Source of the DNA: Gemmatales bacterium
GTDB taxonomy: Bacteria; Planctomycetota; Planctomycetia; Gemmatales; HRBIN36
DNA length: 64,000 bases
Assembly: GCA_025060195.1 (NCBI GenBank)
Contig: JANXCQ010000003.1
Location: 722 to 64,721 of the forward strand
Reading direction: 5' to 3'
This document shows positions 24,868 through 35,153 of this stretch, piece after piece (the stretch's first letter is position 1; every line of letters starts with the position of its first letter). Both the position numbers and the translations under genes were made by a program. The notes beneath the pieces were generated by a model. The model did no database searches, was not told where the DNA came from, and was given only the letters and a program-made list of their open reading frames with translations.

Positions 24868-26205
24868 ATGTCCCGAACACCGTTGCCCGAACCGTCAAGC
24901 GGTTTTCGTCCGGGCGACTTAGTGCGCCTCGCCTTAGCGATTTCGTTTTTAGTGCTGATAGTGCTCGCCATAGTACGCTTCCGTAATCCTGCCACGTGGC
25001 ATTGGGTACGAAATATCCGGAGCGGCGATTCGGCGGCTCAGATCTTCCACAACAAAGAAGAAGCGCAAGCGCCGGTACCCGGCGAGCCTGCCGAGAGTGC
25101 TAGCCCGTCGAAGCCAGCCGTGGAAATTTTCGAGTTGGGTCAGTTCGGACTGGCCTTAGCGGGTGCCACCGTGACGCTGACACAAACTTGGGCGGTGCAG
25201 CCTCTGGCGGTTTCGCTTTTGTCCCTCGATGCGCTAGCCTACGCCACGCCCATTCTCGATGCGCCCCTAGGGAGCGGACCCACGAAGCCGAGCCGACTTC
25301 GTTATGTACTTCCGCCCGATCGCGAACTGCTGCGCGGTGCTCAGGACCGCGAAGGTTTCCTGGTCGAACCTCGGGAGCTCGCCGACAATTTTGTCTTTCG
25401 CCGTGCACGTCTTGATGCCGATGCGCGGTATCATCTTATTAGTCTAGTGCTGGAACAGGCCCGCGCGAACCGGGAAGGTTTTCTCCAACTGCTGCGGCAA
25501 GACGCGCTATGGAACGTGCCCTACGAATTGCTTTGCGATAAGCCACATCGCTATCGCGGAGAAGTGATCGGCATGCAGGGCACGTTGGTCTGGGTCAAAC
25601 GTTTCCCCCTGGAGCGTGGCGGCAGCGGCAACTTGCCCGAATACATATATCACGGCGTTCTGGAGCAGGGCGGCTCGCGTCATCGCCCGGTATGGTTGCT
25701 TTTCACCCACCTACCTGACAACATGCCGCCGGAAAAAGACTGGCCCCGCCTGTTTATTCATAACGCGACGTTTATTGGGTATTATCTCAAGGTCGTAGGT
25801 ATCGAGCCGCCCGTCGAACCGCCGCGCTCTCGGGCATCCACGAAACCGCAACCCGCGCGGCTCTATTTTCCAGTTTTGGTTGGCTACACGGTCGAGTTGC
25901 CTCCGCCGCCTCCGGGCGAAGACTGGATCAGCCTGCTGCTCCTGGTAACCACGATTGTCGGCGGCATCGTATTAGTTTCGGCCCTAGCCTTGTACATCTA
26001 CTACCGCAGCGAACGACGGTATCTGGAAAAGGTAGCCCAAGTGCGGGAACGTGCAGCCCAACGCGGTCCAGTGGTTGCCGAACCACGTGGCTTGGAGTCG
26101 AGCAACTTTTTCCTGGACAACGGGGAAGCCAATATCAACAGTAACGCACCCCAGCCCGATAACTCTCCACCTTCCTCTCCCAACGGCAGTTCTCCGCAAA
26201 GCTAA
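24868..26205 (+). CDS. Hypothetical membrane protein, co-oriented with the exbB-exbD-exbD cluster
   Basis: The ATG at 24868 (MSRTPLPEPSSGFRPGDLVRLALAISFLVLIVLAIV...) is preferred over the ORF-track start at 24697, which overlaps the preceding gene. There are an N-terminal TM and a C-terminal TM (LLLLVTTIVGGIVLVSALALYIYY). No family recognised. Confidence 0.5.
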   Translation: MSRTPLPEPSSGFRPGDLVRLALAISFLVLIVLAIVRFRNPATWHWVRNIRSGDSAAQIFHNKEEAQAPVPGEPAESASPSKPAVEIFELGQFGLALAGATVTLTQTWAVQPLAVSLLSLDALAYATPILDAPLGSGPTKPSRLRYVLPPDRELLRGAQDREGFLVEPRELADNFVFRRARLDADARYHLISLVLEQARANREGFLQLLRQDALWNVPYELLCDKPHRYRGEVIGMQGTLVWVKRFPLERGGSGNLPEYIYHGVLEQGGSRHRPVWLLFTHLPDNMPPEKDWPRLFIHNATFIGYYLKVVGIEPPVEPPRSRASTKPQPARLYFPVLVGYTVELPPPPPGEDWISLLLLVTTIVGGIVLVSALALYIYYRSERRYLEKVAQVRERAAQRGPVVAEPRGLESSNFFLDNGEANINSNAPQPDNSPPSSPNGSSPQS

Positions 26206-26285
26206 CTGTTTCCTGGTCGCCGAGCCACAGCGAAACCATGAACAAGTTCAGTCCGTATCGGACGAAGTCTTGACAACAATTCACG

Positions 26286-28367
26286 ATGAGGCACCAAAGC
26301 GGGGCCATGCGCGATTGGCAGCAACAATTTCTCCAGGTGGTGGACCGCGATGAAGCGGAACGGCGGTTCCGTGCGGTATTGGATAAACGTCCGCGCGGTG
26401 AGGAACGAGTACTTTTAGGCGAAGCGCTGGGCCGTGTGCTCAGTCGCGATGTTACCGCGCCGATTGACGTGCCGGGCTTCGACCGCGCTAATGTGGACGG
26501 CTTTGCCGTGCGCGCCGCTGACACGTTTGGTGCCGAAGAGATCAAACCCGTTCGCCTCCGCTGGACAGGCGAAACCATAGTACCCGGTCGCCAGCCACGA
26601 CTCAGCATCGAACCCGGCACGGCCAGCGCCATTGCCACGGGCGCCATGCTCCCCCGCGGCGCTGATGCCGTGGTCATGGTGGAAGTCACGGGCTTCGAGC
26701 AAAGCGGAGATACCGGCTGGATCATTGTCCGTCGAGCGGTTACCCCAGGAAGCAACGTCACCATGGCGGGCACAGACATCGGCCAAGGCGAAGTAGTCCT
26801 GCGGCGCGGGGAAATGCTGACCGCCCGTGAAACTGCTGTGCTCGCCGCGTTGGGTATTGACCAAGTGTGGGTAGTGCGCCGACCGCGGGTCGCTATTCTC
26901 TCCACGGGAGATGAACTCGTGGCGCCGGGCCAGCAGTTACAGCCCGGTCAGATTTACGACAGTAACGCCACCATGCTTGCCGATGCCGTGCGTGAAAACG
27001 GCGGCGAGCCGACCGTTTTAGGTATCGTCCCCGATGACCCGACTGCGCTGCGCCACGCTTTGACCAAGGCACTCCAATGGGACCTGGTGCTGCTTTCCGG
27101 CGGAACGTCGAAAGGCGCCGGCGACTTGTGCTATCAGGTGGTTGCCGAGCTCGGGCCGCCCGGAATCCTCGTGCATGGCGTGGCACTGAAGCCTGGTAAA
27201 CCATTATGTCTAGCCGTTGTCGGGCAGACGCCCATCGTCATCCTGCCCGGATTTCCGACCTCGGCGATTTTCACCTTCTATGAATTTGTCGCACCCGTCA
27301 TCCGCGAGTGGGCAGGTTTCGCGTTGGAGCCACACGGCACATTACGCGCTCGGCTGCCGCTGCGCATGCAATCGGAGCGGGGCCGCACCGAATACGTGCT
27401 CGTGAATCTGGTCGAAATTACCGAGACCGGCTTTGCTCGATCTGTACGCCAAACGCTGCCGACGTCGCCAGCACCGTCGGAGACCACGTCCCCGTTTCCG
27501 GCCGATCTAATCACTGCGCCAATGGCCACTTCTTCCGTGCGCTACACGGCCTATCCCATCGGCAAAGGCTCCGGCTCAGTCACAGCGTTCAGTCGGGCCG
27601 ACGGTTTCATCGTGATCCCCAAGGACACCGAGATGCTCGAAGCGGGCGAGATCGTCGAGGTGCGGCTCTTAGGTCGCGAAATCCGCCCCGCGGACTTGGT
27701 GGTGATCGGCAGTCATTGCGTCGGTTTGGATTATCTTCTGGGTCGGCTCCAAGAACAAGGTTGGCGTAGCAAGACGTTAGCCGTCGGTAGCATGGGCGGC
27801 TTGGCCGCGGCGCAACGCGGCGAATGTGATGTCGCCGGCATTCACTTGCTCGACGAGAAAACAGGCGATTATAATCGGCCGTTTGTGACTGACGATTTGG
27901 CTTGGCTGCCTGGTTACGGTCGGCTGCAGGGCATCGCGTTTCGTCGCGGCGATCCGCGATTCAGTGGCCAAGCAGTTGCAGAAGCCGTGCGTCGTGCTCT
28001 GGCGGATCCGCAGTGTATTCTCGTGAATCGCAATCGAGGCAGTGGCACCCGCATTCTGATCGACCAGCTACTCCAAGGGGCACGACCTCCCGGCTACATG
28101 ACCGAAGCCCGTTCGCATCACGCGGTCGCCGCGGCTATTGCCCAGGGACGGGCCGATTGGGGCGTGTGTATCGAACACGTCGCCCGTGAGCATGGCCTGG
28201 ACTTTCTTCCTGTGCAACACGAATGGTTCGACTTCGTCGTGCCTAAATCCCGCTTGGCACGACCAGCGGTTCAGGCGTTTCAGCAGTTGTTACGACAACC
28301 CGAGGTGCATACCGCCCTGCGCAGCTTTGGCTTCGTCGTGCGTCCAGAACTAACGGAAGGCCCATAA
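26286..28367 (+). CDS. moeA: Molybdopterin molybdenumtransferase MoeA fused to a C-terminal periplasmic-binding-protein-like domain
   Basis: MoeA blocks are present: ...DVPGFDRANVDGFAVRA..., ...ILSTGDELV.PG......GQIYDSN..., ...DLVLLSGGTSKGAGD.... The C-terminal ~270 aa resembles the PBP-like domain seen in MoeA fusions (DLVVIGSHCVGLDYL...VAGIHLLD...). Confidence 0.8.
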   Translation: MRHQSGAMRDWQQQFLQVVDRDEAERRFRAVLDKRPRGEERVLLGEALGRVLSRDVTAPIDVPGFDRANVDGFAVRAADTFGAEEIKPVRLRWTGETIVPGRQPRLSIEPGTASAIATGAMLPRGADAVVMVEVTGFEQSGDTGWIIVRRAVTPGSNVTMAGTDIGQGEVVLRRGEMLTARETAVLAALGIDQVWVVRRPRVAILSTGDELVAPGQQLQPGQIYDSNATMLADAVRENGGEPTVLGIVPDDPTALRHALTKALQWDLVLLSGGTSKGAGDLCYQVVAELGPPGILVHGVALKPGKPLCLAVVGQTPIVILPGFPTSAIFTFYEFVAPVIREWAGFALEPHGTLRARLPLRMQSERGRTEYVLVNLVEITETGFARSVRQTLPTSPAPSETTSPFPADLITAPMATSSVRYTAYPIGKGSGSVTAFSRADGFIVIPKDTEMLEAGEIVEVRLLGREIRPADLVVIGSHCVGLDYLLGRLQEQGWRSKTLAVGSMGGLAAAQRGECDVAGIHLLDEKTGDYNRPFVTDDLAWLPGYGRLQGIAFRRGDPRFSGQAVAEAVRRALADPQCILVNRNRGSGTRILIDQLLQGARPPGYMTEARSHHAVAAAIAQGRADWGVCIEHVAREHGLDFLPVQHEWFDFVVPKSRLARPAVQAFQQLLRQPEVHTALRSFGFVVRPELTEGP

Positions 28368-28386
28368 CTGAGCGTCGCCAAATTCA

Positions 28387-28878
28387 TCAAGTGCTCTGAA
28401 TCAAGGAGAGTCTCCGATGTTGCAGGCATCGCTCGCGCAGGGCCGACGTGAGCGTATCGAGGGCCGCTTTCTTTGTCTTGCAGCCGCGATGACCGAGTTG
28501 CTCCGCAAGCGCCAAGGCTTCGTCTTTCGACAGTTCTTTGTCTAGCTGCCGACGAGTAATCTCTATCTGGGTGATGGCAAAATCTTCATCAAACAGTCGG
28601 CTTTCTAATTCCCGAATCCGTTGTAACGCTTGGTCAATCTTATTGTGATCCACAGATTTCGCGGTTGGCTTGCGGGACGTGGCTGCGGTGATGACCCCGG
28701 TACGGTGATACTCTTCGGCCCGTGCTAAAAACTCAGCCCATTGGGCGATCGTCCAGGAATCGAACGGGGCCAGAGCGGTAGCTGCGCGCTCGAGGTCCTG
28801 GGCTACCGCCTTGGCACCGCTACTCCGCAGCACCTCGGCCAGACCGTTAAGGTATTGTCGCAGTGCGCCGACGTGCAC
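28387..28878 (-). CDS. Hypothetical helical protein, overlapping the stop of the upstream ParA-like gene by 32 nt
   Basis: A 163-aa ORF with no recognisable family. It is co-oriented with 28847-30394 and overlaps it. Confidence 0.4.
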   Translation of the reverse strand: MHVGALRQYLNGLAEVLRSSGAKAVAQDLERAATALAPFDSWTIAQWAEFLARAEEYHRTGVITAATSRKPTAKSVDHNKIDQALQRIRELESRLFDEDFAITQIEITRRQLDKELSKDEALALAEQLGHRGCKTKKAALDTLTSALRERCLQHRRLSLIQST

Positions 28879-30394
28879 GCTCCAGCTCCGCCATTTTGCC
28901 CAGCAGTTGATTAGCTATGTCGCGAAAATAATCGGACAAGTTGGCGTAGCGTGGCGCGAAAAACGTTTCCATACTCGCGCCCGCAAACTGGGAACTTTCG
29001 GGCACTCCCTCAGTCAGGACGAACACCTCCTTACCCCAGATTTCCGCACACGTCGTGGGGAGTACCTCGAGAATACGCTGCTGAATCCCGATGGGCTTAT
29101 CACTCCGGCGACGCACGAAAGTCGGCACCACTGCCAAGACTTCCAAATGCGGACATAGCGGTGGAACTTCGTCCTCGTCCGACCCGCTGGCGCTTTTCGC
29201 CCGCTGACTGAGTACCTGCAAGGTGCGCAGCACATGGTAAACGCCGTTGGCAGAGAGCCGATCCAGCTTGGTGGGAATCACGACATAATCGCAACAACAT
29301 AGCGCATTGATGCAGGCAGTGCTCAGGCGGGGCGGGCAATCCAATAATACGTAATCGTAAAACTGTTCCACTTGCGGCTCGTGCAACACCTGCAGCAGGA
29401 TCTGCCGAACGTCTATTTCCAGGTGTCGCGACAACCACCTCGACAGTAGCATCGATTCGACCTGATGCAAGTCATCGCTCGCGGCAACCACGTGGTAAAT
29501 CCCCTGGCTGTTTTCGCTCTCGAAAATCGGAGAGGGCACGGCGCGTCGTTGCAGTTCGGCAAAACTCGGTGCAGGCTGCCGAAAAAGTTGACTGATGAAT
29601 AACTCGTCATCTATTTCGGGGTATTGGTCGCCTAAGCACAGTGAGGATAACGAGCCTTGAAAGTCGAGGTCGAGGAGCAACGCGCGTTTCTTGAGTTCCC
29701 ACAGCGCAGCCCCGAGGAAGGCGGTCAAAGTGGTCTTCCCGACGCCGCCCTTGAGGTTCACGAAGGCGAGTATCCGCGTCTTGCGTTTCCTGGCGGGGAC
29801 GAAGGCGGGTTGCTTGGGTAACGGTCGGCTCTGCCAGATGCGGCCGTCAAATTCTTCGATGCTAATCCGTGCATCCAGTTCCTGGCGCAACTGATCGCGT
29901 TCCTGTTTGATGCGCTCCAATTGGGAGCAGTATTGTTCGAGAATCTGCTCGTAGCGCTCGCGCTGTTGTTCGAGTTGGTCGGTCAGTTGGGAACTGTTCT
30001 GTTGCTGGCGCTGGCAAGCCGATTGCCAACGCTGAATTTCCGACAGCGCTTGACGCAATTCTTCCCTAATGCTGGCCAATTCGCGGGAACGTGCTTCCAG
30101 GGACTCGCGTAACACTGCCGACTCCTGGCGCAATCGGGCTTCCGTTTCGCGCAGTCCGCGATTTTCGGTGCGCAGATCGGCGGCCTGGGCGCGCAATTCC
30201 TGGTGCTCCCGCTCGAGTTGCTCTAAACGCAGGCGGAGAGCCAACTGGGTGTCATCCACGCGTGGCGAACGAAACCACCACCAAAGCCAAATCAGGATCG
30301 CCTCTGCTACCAGCGTCCCCACAACAAAAGCGGCTATCGCTTCCGGATGATTCCTGACCCACTCCGTCAACAACCGCCAGATTTCCACGAGCAT
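28847..30394 (-). CDS. Membrane-anchored coiled-coil ParA/MinD-family ATPase
   Basis: The ATG at 30394 (MLVEIWRLL...) has GGGAGG 7 nt upstream. The protein has a TM segment (AFVVGTLVAEAILIWLWWWF), about 150 aa of heptad-like Q/E/R/L-rich sequence, then the deviant Walker A ILAFVNLKGGVGKTTLTAFLG and ...YVLLDCPP.... Confidence 0.7.
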   Translation of the reverse strand: MLVEIWRLLTEWVRNHPEAIAAFVVGTLVAEAILIWLWWWFRSPRVDDTQLALRLRLEQLEREHQELRAQAADLRTENRGLRETEARLRQESAVLRESLEARSRELASIREELRQALSEIQRWQSACQRQQQNSSQLTDQLEQQRERYEQILEQYCSQLERIKQERDQLRQELDARISIEEFDGRIWQSRPLPKQPAFVPARKRKTRILAFVNLKGGVGKTTLTAFLGAALWELKKRALLLDLDFQGSLSSLCLGDQYPEIDDELFISQLFRQPAPSFAELQRRAVPSPIFESENSQGIYHVVAASDDLHQVESMLLSRWLSRHLEIDVRQILLQVLHEPQVEQFYDYVLLDCPPRLSTACINALCCCDYVVIPTKLDRLSANGVYHVLRTLQVLSQRAKSASGSDEDEVPPLCPHLEVLAVVPTFVRRRSDKPIGIQQRILEVLPTTCAEIWGKEVFVLTEGVPESSQFAGASMETFFAPRYANLSDYFRDIANQLLGKMAELERARRRTATIP

Positions 30395-30540
30395 ACGTGC
30401 ACCTCCCTCGGCCTTACCGGGCACGTCAACTATTATGGTAAACCTTGCAAGGCAGGACAACCGTTCGCCGCGCCTTAGGTAGGCTCAGAAAAGCTCACCA
30501 CATGGGCAAACGGGTCAGTCAAGTGGGTGCCTGCGGCAGA

Positions 30541-31893
30541 CTAGCGCAGCACGTTTTCCGGAAGGTTCAAAGTGCCGCGTTGGATGGCTCCCTGGCGAAT
30601 GATGAAGAAGCGTAAGGGCTGGAATTGGGCCCGGTCGGGATGGCGCAGCACATAGGCGATGTTCTCATAGCTCAGCGTTTCCCAAATATGCAGACCGACC
30701 AGGATGTCGCCCGGCTGGATGCCCGCCCGTTCGCTCGGCGAATTGGACGCCACAGCAACGACGGTCAGGCCGCCCCGCAAACTGGCCTGGACCCGCTGCA
30801 CTTGCTCCGGCGGGGCCGGAACTAAGCGCAGCCCGAGCACACGCCACACCACTTCGGTAAGACCGCTCTCCAGCGGCGTGGGTTGCACGACCAAGTTCGC
30901 GGAAAATTCCTCGCTGCCGCGGCGCCATTTGAGAGGCAACGAGTCGCCCGGACGCACCTCGAGCAGAGCCCGTTGCCAATCGAGGTTGTGCAAGATGGGC
31001 CAGCCGTTGAGTTCTAATATGACATCGCCTGGTTGCAGTCCCGCCCGAGCGGCCGGGCTGTCCGCTTCGACACGGTCCACGACCGCCCAACGCCGCACCG
31101 GACCATGGGGATCGCTCACATCTACACAATTCCGCAACCGCAGGCCGACATGGATTTCTGGGGAGCGCAGCCCGGCGAACAGATCGCTGGCCACCTCCAG
31201 AACGTGGTCCACCGGCAGAGCGAAGGCGATGCCCTGGGCCCCCGCGCGAATCGCCACATTAACGCCCACTAGTTCCCCTTCAATGTTGAGTAATGGCCCG
31301 CCCGAGTTGCCTGGATTGATGCTGGCATCAGTTTGAATCAGGTTCTTGTAAACCAGGTCGCGGTTCAGGGTGACATTGCGTCCTAAGGCGCTGATCACGC
31401 CCACGGTGATGCTCTGCTCGTAACCAAACGCGTTCCCAATGGCGATGACTGTCTCGCCCAGCATCAGATCGCTGGAGGTGCCCAACGGAATGGTCGGTAG
31501 AGGACGGGATGGGGAGATCTTCAGCAATGCCAAGTCGTTGTCCCGGTCGCGAGCCACCAGTTGGGCGGTATGCTGGGTACCGTCCGCCAGGGTCACGCGA
31601 ATAGCACTGACCTCCTCGACGACATGATAGTTAGTGAGGATGTAACCGCGTGGGTCGAGAATGATGCCGGTGCCCATGCCATTGGAGCGGGGCGCAGGTA
31701 ACGGCTGGCCCCAATCCTCGGTGCCCGTATAGCGCACTGGCCGTTCGCTGCGAATACTCACCACTGCAGGACGCGCCCGCTCCACGGCCTTCACAATAGC
31801 GGTGCGTCGCGCCGCTGTACCGCTCCAAACCACACCACAAACTTCGATTAACGTCATCCCGCACAAGATGCTGCTCATCAGCTGCCGCGCCAT
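30541..31893 (-). CDS. HtrA/DegP-family serine protease with two PDZ-like domains
   Basis: ILTNYHVV, DLALLKI and TDASINPGNSGGPLLN form the S1C catalytic triad context. C-terminal GLQPGDVILELNG and GIQPGDILVGL are PDZ motifs. Confidence 0.88.
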   Translation of the reverse strand: MARQLMSSILCGMTLIEVCGVVWSGTAARRTAIVKAVERARPAVVSIRSERPVRYTGTEDWGQPLPAPRSNGMGTGIILDPRGYILTNYHVVEEVSAIRVTLADGTQHTAQLVARDRDNDLALLKISPSRPLPTIPLGTSSDLMLGETVIAIGNAFGYEQSITVGVISALGRNVTLNRDLVYKNLIQTDASINPGNSGGPLLNIEGELVGVNVAIRAGAQGIAFALPVDHVLEVASDLFAGLRSPEIHVGLRLRNCVDVSDPHGPVRRWAVVDRVEADSPAARAGLQPGDVILELNGWPILHNLDWQRALLEVRPGDSLPLKWRRGSEEFSANLVVQPTPLESGLTEVVWRVLGLRLVPAPPEQVQRVQASLRGGLTVVAVASNSPSERAGIQPGDILVGLHIWETLSYENIAYVLRHPDRAQFQPLRFFIIRQGAIQRGTLNLPENVLR

Positions 31894-32137
31894 GGTGCAG
31901 TGATCCTCAGGCTTGGGTGCAAAGCTGCGCGCTGGGAGGCTAGTCGGATTTCGGCAATTTCCTGCCTAAACTAAAATCATTGCGTCGTGAGCTAGGGAAG
32001 CTGGTGAAAACTTACTTCGCAGGATGCGAAACTTGCGGCTTACCAAGAATGTAACGGTGCTGTCGCGGCACGCAAATGTAACGCGACGACAGCATGGAAC
32101 CTTCAGGAACCGATGTCCACGTTCGGGAGTATTGCTC

Positions 32138-32455
32138 ATGTCGGAGCCGACTCGCCGGCAGAAACTCGAAGCGCTGCTGACTGAGGAGCCGAACGATCCG
32201 TTCCTCAAATATGCTCTAGCTATGGAATGTGCTGCCCAAGGCGACGTGCCCGCAGCGGTTGACTGGTTCGAGCGGCTTGTCCGCGAGCATCCCGAGTATA
32301 TCCCCGCGTATCACCAATACGGAAAAATGCTGCTGCAGCTTGGCCACCAGGAGCAGGCACAAGCGATTCTGCAACGGGGAATCCGCGAGGCGCTTCGCTC
32401 GGGCGATACCCATGCTGCCGAGGAAATGGAAGCGCTCCTCACCGGCTTGGCTTAG
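32138..32455 (+). CDS. Small TPR-like repeat protein
   Basis: ATG at 32138: MSEPTRRQKLEALLTEEPNDPFLKYALAMECAAQGDVPAAVDWFERLVREHPEYIPAYHQYGKMLLQLG.... Confidence 0.55.
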   Translation: MSEPTRRQKLEALLTEEPNDPFLKYALAMECAAQGDVPAAVDWFERLVREHPEYIPAYHQYGKMLLQLGHQEQAQAILQRGIREALRSGDTHAAEEMEALLTGLA

Positions 32456-32470
32456 CGGTGACTCGCTTGG

Positions 32471-34678
32471 TTACTGGTGCCATTCGCCCGTAAACGGCTT
32501 GTAAAAGCTTTTCCACTCGCGTTCATACCAGACTGGCATCGAGGGGATACCTTCCTGACCGAGCGCATCGACCGCCACGATGTGGTATCGCCGGGTCGCT
32601 TTCCCGGCGGTCGCATCGGTAAAGGTCGCTTCCTGGATCGGTTCTGGGGTGAGACGCGAAACTGGCGGCGCCCCGAATCGGCTGTCTATGCGATACACAC
32701 GGTAACCGCGAAGTCCTCGTTCCGGGTTCTTGGCCCATTTCAGATCGCACTGACCGTTGCGCTCGCGGCTGAACACCCATTGGGGAGCCGAGGGAATGGT
32801 GAGAAAATAGGGCGAGGGACCACTTTCCACTCCCAAGGCATTGACGGCCCGTACTCGGTAGGCATAGACCGCCCAGGGATAGGGCTTGCCCTCAGGATTG
32901 ATCTCCTCTTTATAAAAGCGGCGTTCCCAGAGTGGCGGGTCAGCAATCTTTATCGGCTTGGTTAAGTCCACGCGGTCGGTAAAGCGAGTAGCAGTCAAAG
33001 GCTTCTCCGTCAAACGCTGGAATGGCCCAATGCGATGCACCGCGGCCACTGCAGTCGTCGGCAATGGTGCCACCGAGTTGCGGACCCGCACCAATTGATC
33101 ATCGCTATAGACCTCCACGACTGCCCGCTCGACGTGGTAGCCGATGACGTCCTCCGCGCTTTCCGGCGGTGCCCAATTCAGTTCCACTTGTTGTGGCCCG
33201 AGCACTGAGACGGTAACCTCCTCAACGATACGAGGCTGAGTTCGCCCTTTGTTACTGGCCACAGCACCCTCGGCAAGAGCACCGGCCTGGGTCTCGGCAC
33301 GGACGAAATAATAATAAATCTGCCCTTTTTGCACGGTGCGATCCTCAAAGCGACATTCATTGCCCGGCACTTCGGCAATGCGTTGGTACTTGGCCTCCCA
33401 GGGACGCGGACCCTCACCGCGGAAAATACCCCATCGCGCCGGGGGCTCGGCTGCCGTGTTTTGCCAGGTGAGAATAGCTGATTGCTGGGTCGTCACCACT
33501 TTCAGCACCGGGGCGGTTGGCCGTGCGGCCTGAGCTGGCGTATCGCCATAGCGGTAGGTCCAGATTTGTTGCTCGGCCGGTCCATGAGGCGGATGGGTGC
33601 GGTTTTCCAAGATAGCTAGTCCGTGATCGGGCAGGAACGTCAGCAAGCGAGCGCGATTGCCGCTAGGATCAGGCTCACGGGGTGGATTCATTTTCGTCCA
33701 TTGGCGTTTTCCAGTATCGAACGCCCAGGTTTCCAATCGCGATTTCGCTTCCTCTCCTTTCCCTTCACTGACTTTGATCACGGCGATGACGACGCGATTG
33801 ATGGGATCGTAAGTCAGCACAGCATCATTGCGATCCGTGGGAGGCATGGTCGAAGGTTTCAGGTCGATCCAGCGATTGGCCACCAAATCGTAGGCCCAAG
33901 TATGAGGATCGTTACTGAACTGAGAACCGAAGAGTATGTGCACCCGGTGAGCCGCATCGTAAGTCATGTTGCCTCCGCTGCGAAAGGCAGGTTGTTCCGG
34001 AGGCCGCTGCCAAGTCCAGGTATTGGTGTACAGGTCGTAAACCAGAGTTCCTTCGGTGTTACCTTCCCCGCCAAACACCACAATTACTTCGTGCTCGCTG
34101 TCCCAGGAAGCACAACGAAGCGGACTAAGTCGCGGTTCGGGACACGGCCGCATATCGCGCCAATGATTGCGGGCCAGCTCATATGTCCAGACACTGGTAT
34201 TCTTCAAATAAATCTCGCGGAACCATTGCCAACCGTGGCTGCCACTGAACGCGGGGAAGCGGACGAAGCGCCGGGCTGCCTCATCGAACACGTTTTGCTG
34301 GGCACAACAAACTCCTGGCGGAGCGTCGTTAGGTTCTTTGAGTGTCCACCGCGCTGTTACTGGATCAAACGTCCAAGTCTCACTGTGCTGCTCGCCCCCG
34401 CCGCCTTGATTATGTCCGCCCCAGCGAATGAGCACTTTAGCGTAACGATCATAGGCCCACGAAGCCTCATAACCGAGTCGCGGAGATGGCGGTGCGTCCG
34501 GCAGCGGACTGCGTTTGACCCAAGTGTTGGCTGGCTGGGTCAGGCGCTCTCCAACCTGCGCCGACACTACCACGCAACAAGACAGCCAGATCGTTATCGT
34601 CGCGTACCTGACTGACCGTGCCCGTGGATAATACATGATTCGCCCCCTTTGTGGTACCGTGGTGCTCAAAGACATCAC
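32471..34678 (-). CDS. Secreted Kelch/beta-propeller repeat protein with fibronectin-III-like C-terminal domains
   Basis: The 735-aa ORF has a signal-like N-terminus and repeated W-rich propeller blades (...VFGG...W.Y...N.W...). The C-terminal modules are FN3-like (...GYHVERAVV..., ...GYRVYRID...). Confidence 0.6.
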   Translation of the reverse strand: MMSLSTTVPQRGRIMYYPRARSVRYATITIWLSCCVVVSAQVGERLTQPANTWVKRSPLPDAPPSPRLGYEASWAYDRYAKVLIRWGGHNQGGGGEQHSETWTFDPVTARWTLKEPNDAPPGVCCAQQNVFDEAARRFVRFPAFSGSHGWQWFREIYLKNTSVWTYELARNHWRDMRPCPEPRLSPLRCASWDSEHEVIVVFGGEGNTEGTLVYDLYTNTWTWQRPPEQPAFRSGGNMTYDAAHRVHILFGSQFSNDPHTWAYDLVANRWIDLKPSTMPPTDRNDAVLTYDPINRVVIAVIKVSEGKGEEAKSRLETWAFDTGKRQWTKMNPPREPDPSGNRARLLTFLPDHGLAILENRTHPPHGPAEQQIWTYRYGDTPAQAARPTAPVLKVVTTQQSAILTWQNTAAEPPARWGIFRGEGPRPWEAKYQRIAEVPGNECRFEDRTVQKGQIYYYFVRAETQAGALAEGAVASNKGRTQPRIVEEVTVSVLGPQQVELNWAPPESAEDVIGYHVERAVVEVYSDDQLVRVRNSVAPLPTTAVAAVHRIGPFQRLTEKPLTATRFTDRVDLTKPIKIADPPLWERRFYKEEINPEGKPYPWAVYAYRVRAVNALGVESGPSPYFLTIPSAPQWVFSRERNGQCDLKWAKNPERGLRGYRVYRIDSRFGAPPVSRLTPEPIQEATFTDATAGKATRRYHIVAVDALGQEGIPSMPVWYEREWKSFYKPFTGEWHQ

Positions 34679-35153
34679 CTACTGGGATAAAAAACGCCAG
34701 CCACAACGGCCAGGCCAAAGCCTCCGTGCTAACTGCCCGTGCCTTAACCCGAACTTCGATGTATCTCACCTCTGCCGAAACACACTTACATTGTGTTTTC
34801 GACTAATATCAATAAGCCCGCCAATTCGTAATGCCGTTGGCGCGACAGGGTAAACTAACCCTTTGGAGAAACCAGGGTCGTCCTCCTGAGGTCTTCGCCA
34901 ACGCTCGGACATGAGGGGGACGTTTAAGGTTCCGGCGAGAATGCCTCCATGGTAACGCGTTTTAGCACCGCACCTTGCTGTCAGGACTTTGTTACCCAAC
35001 TGTGGCGAGCGTCATGATTGGTCTACGAAAACTAGCGGGGTCGAGCAAGGCCCGACTATGGGCATACTCAGCAGCCACGTTCACCAATGTCAACTTTTGT
35101 GCACGAGCGGTATGGCCACGTAAACTTGGACGTAGTCGTATGATGGTCCCAAT

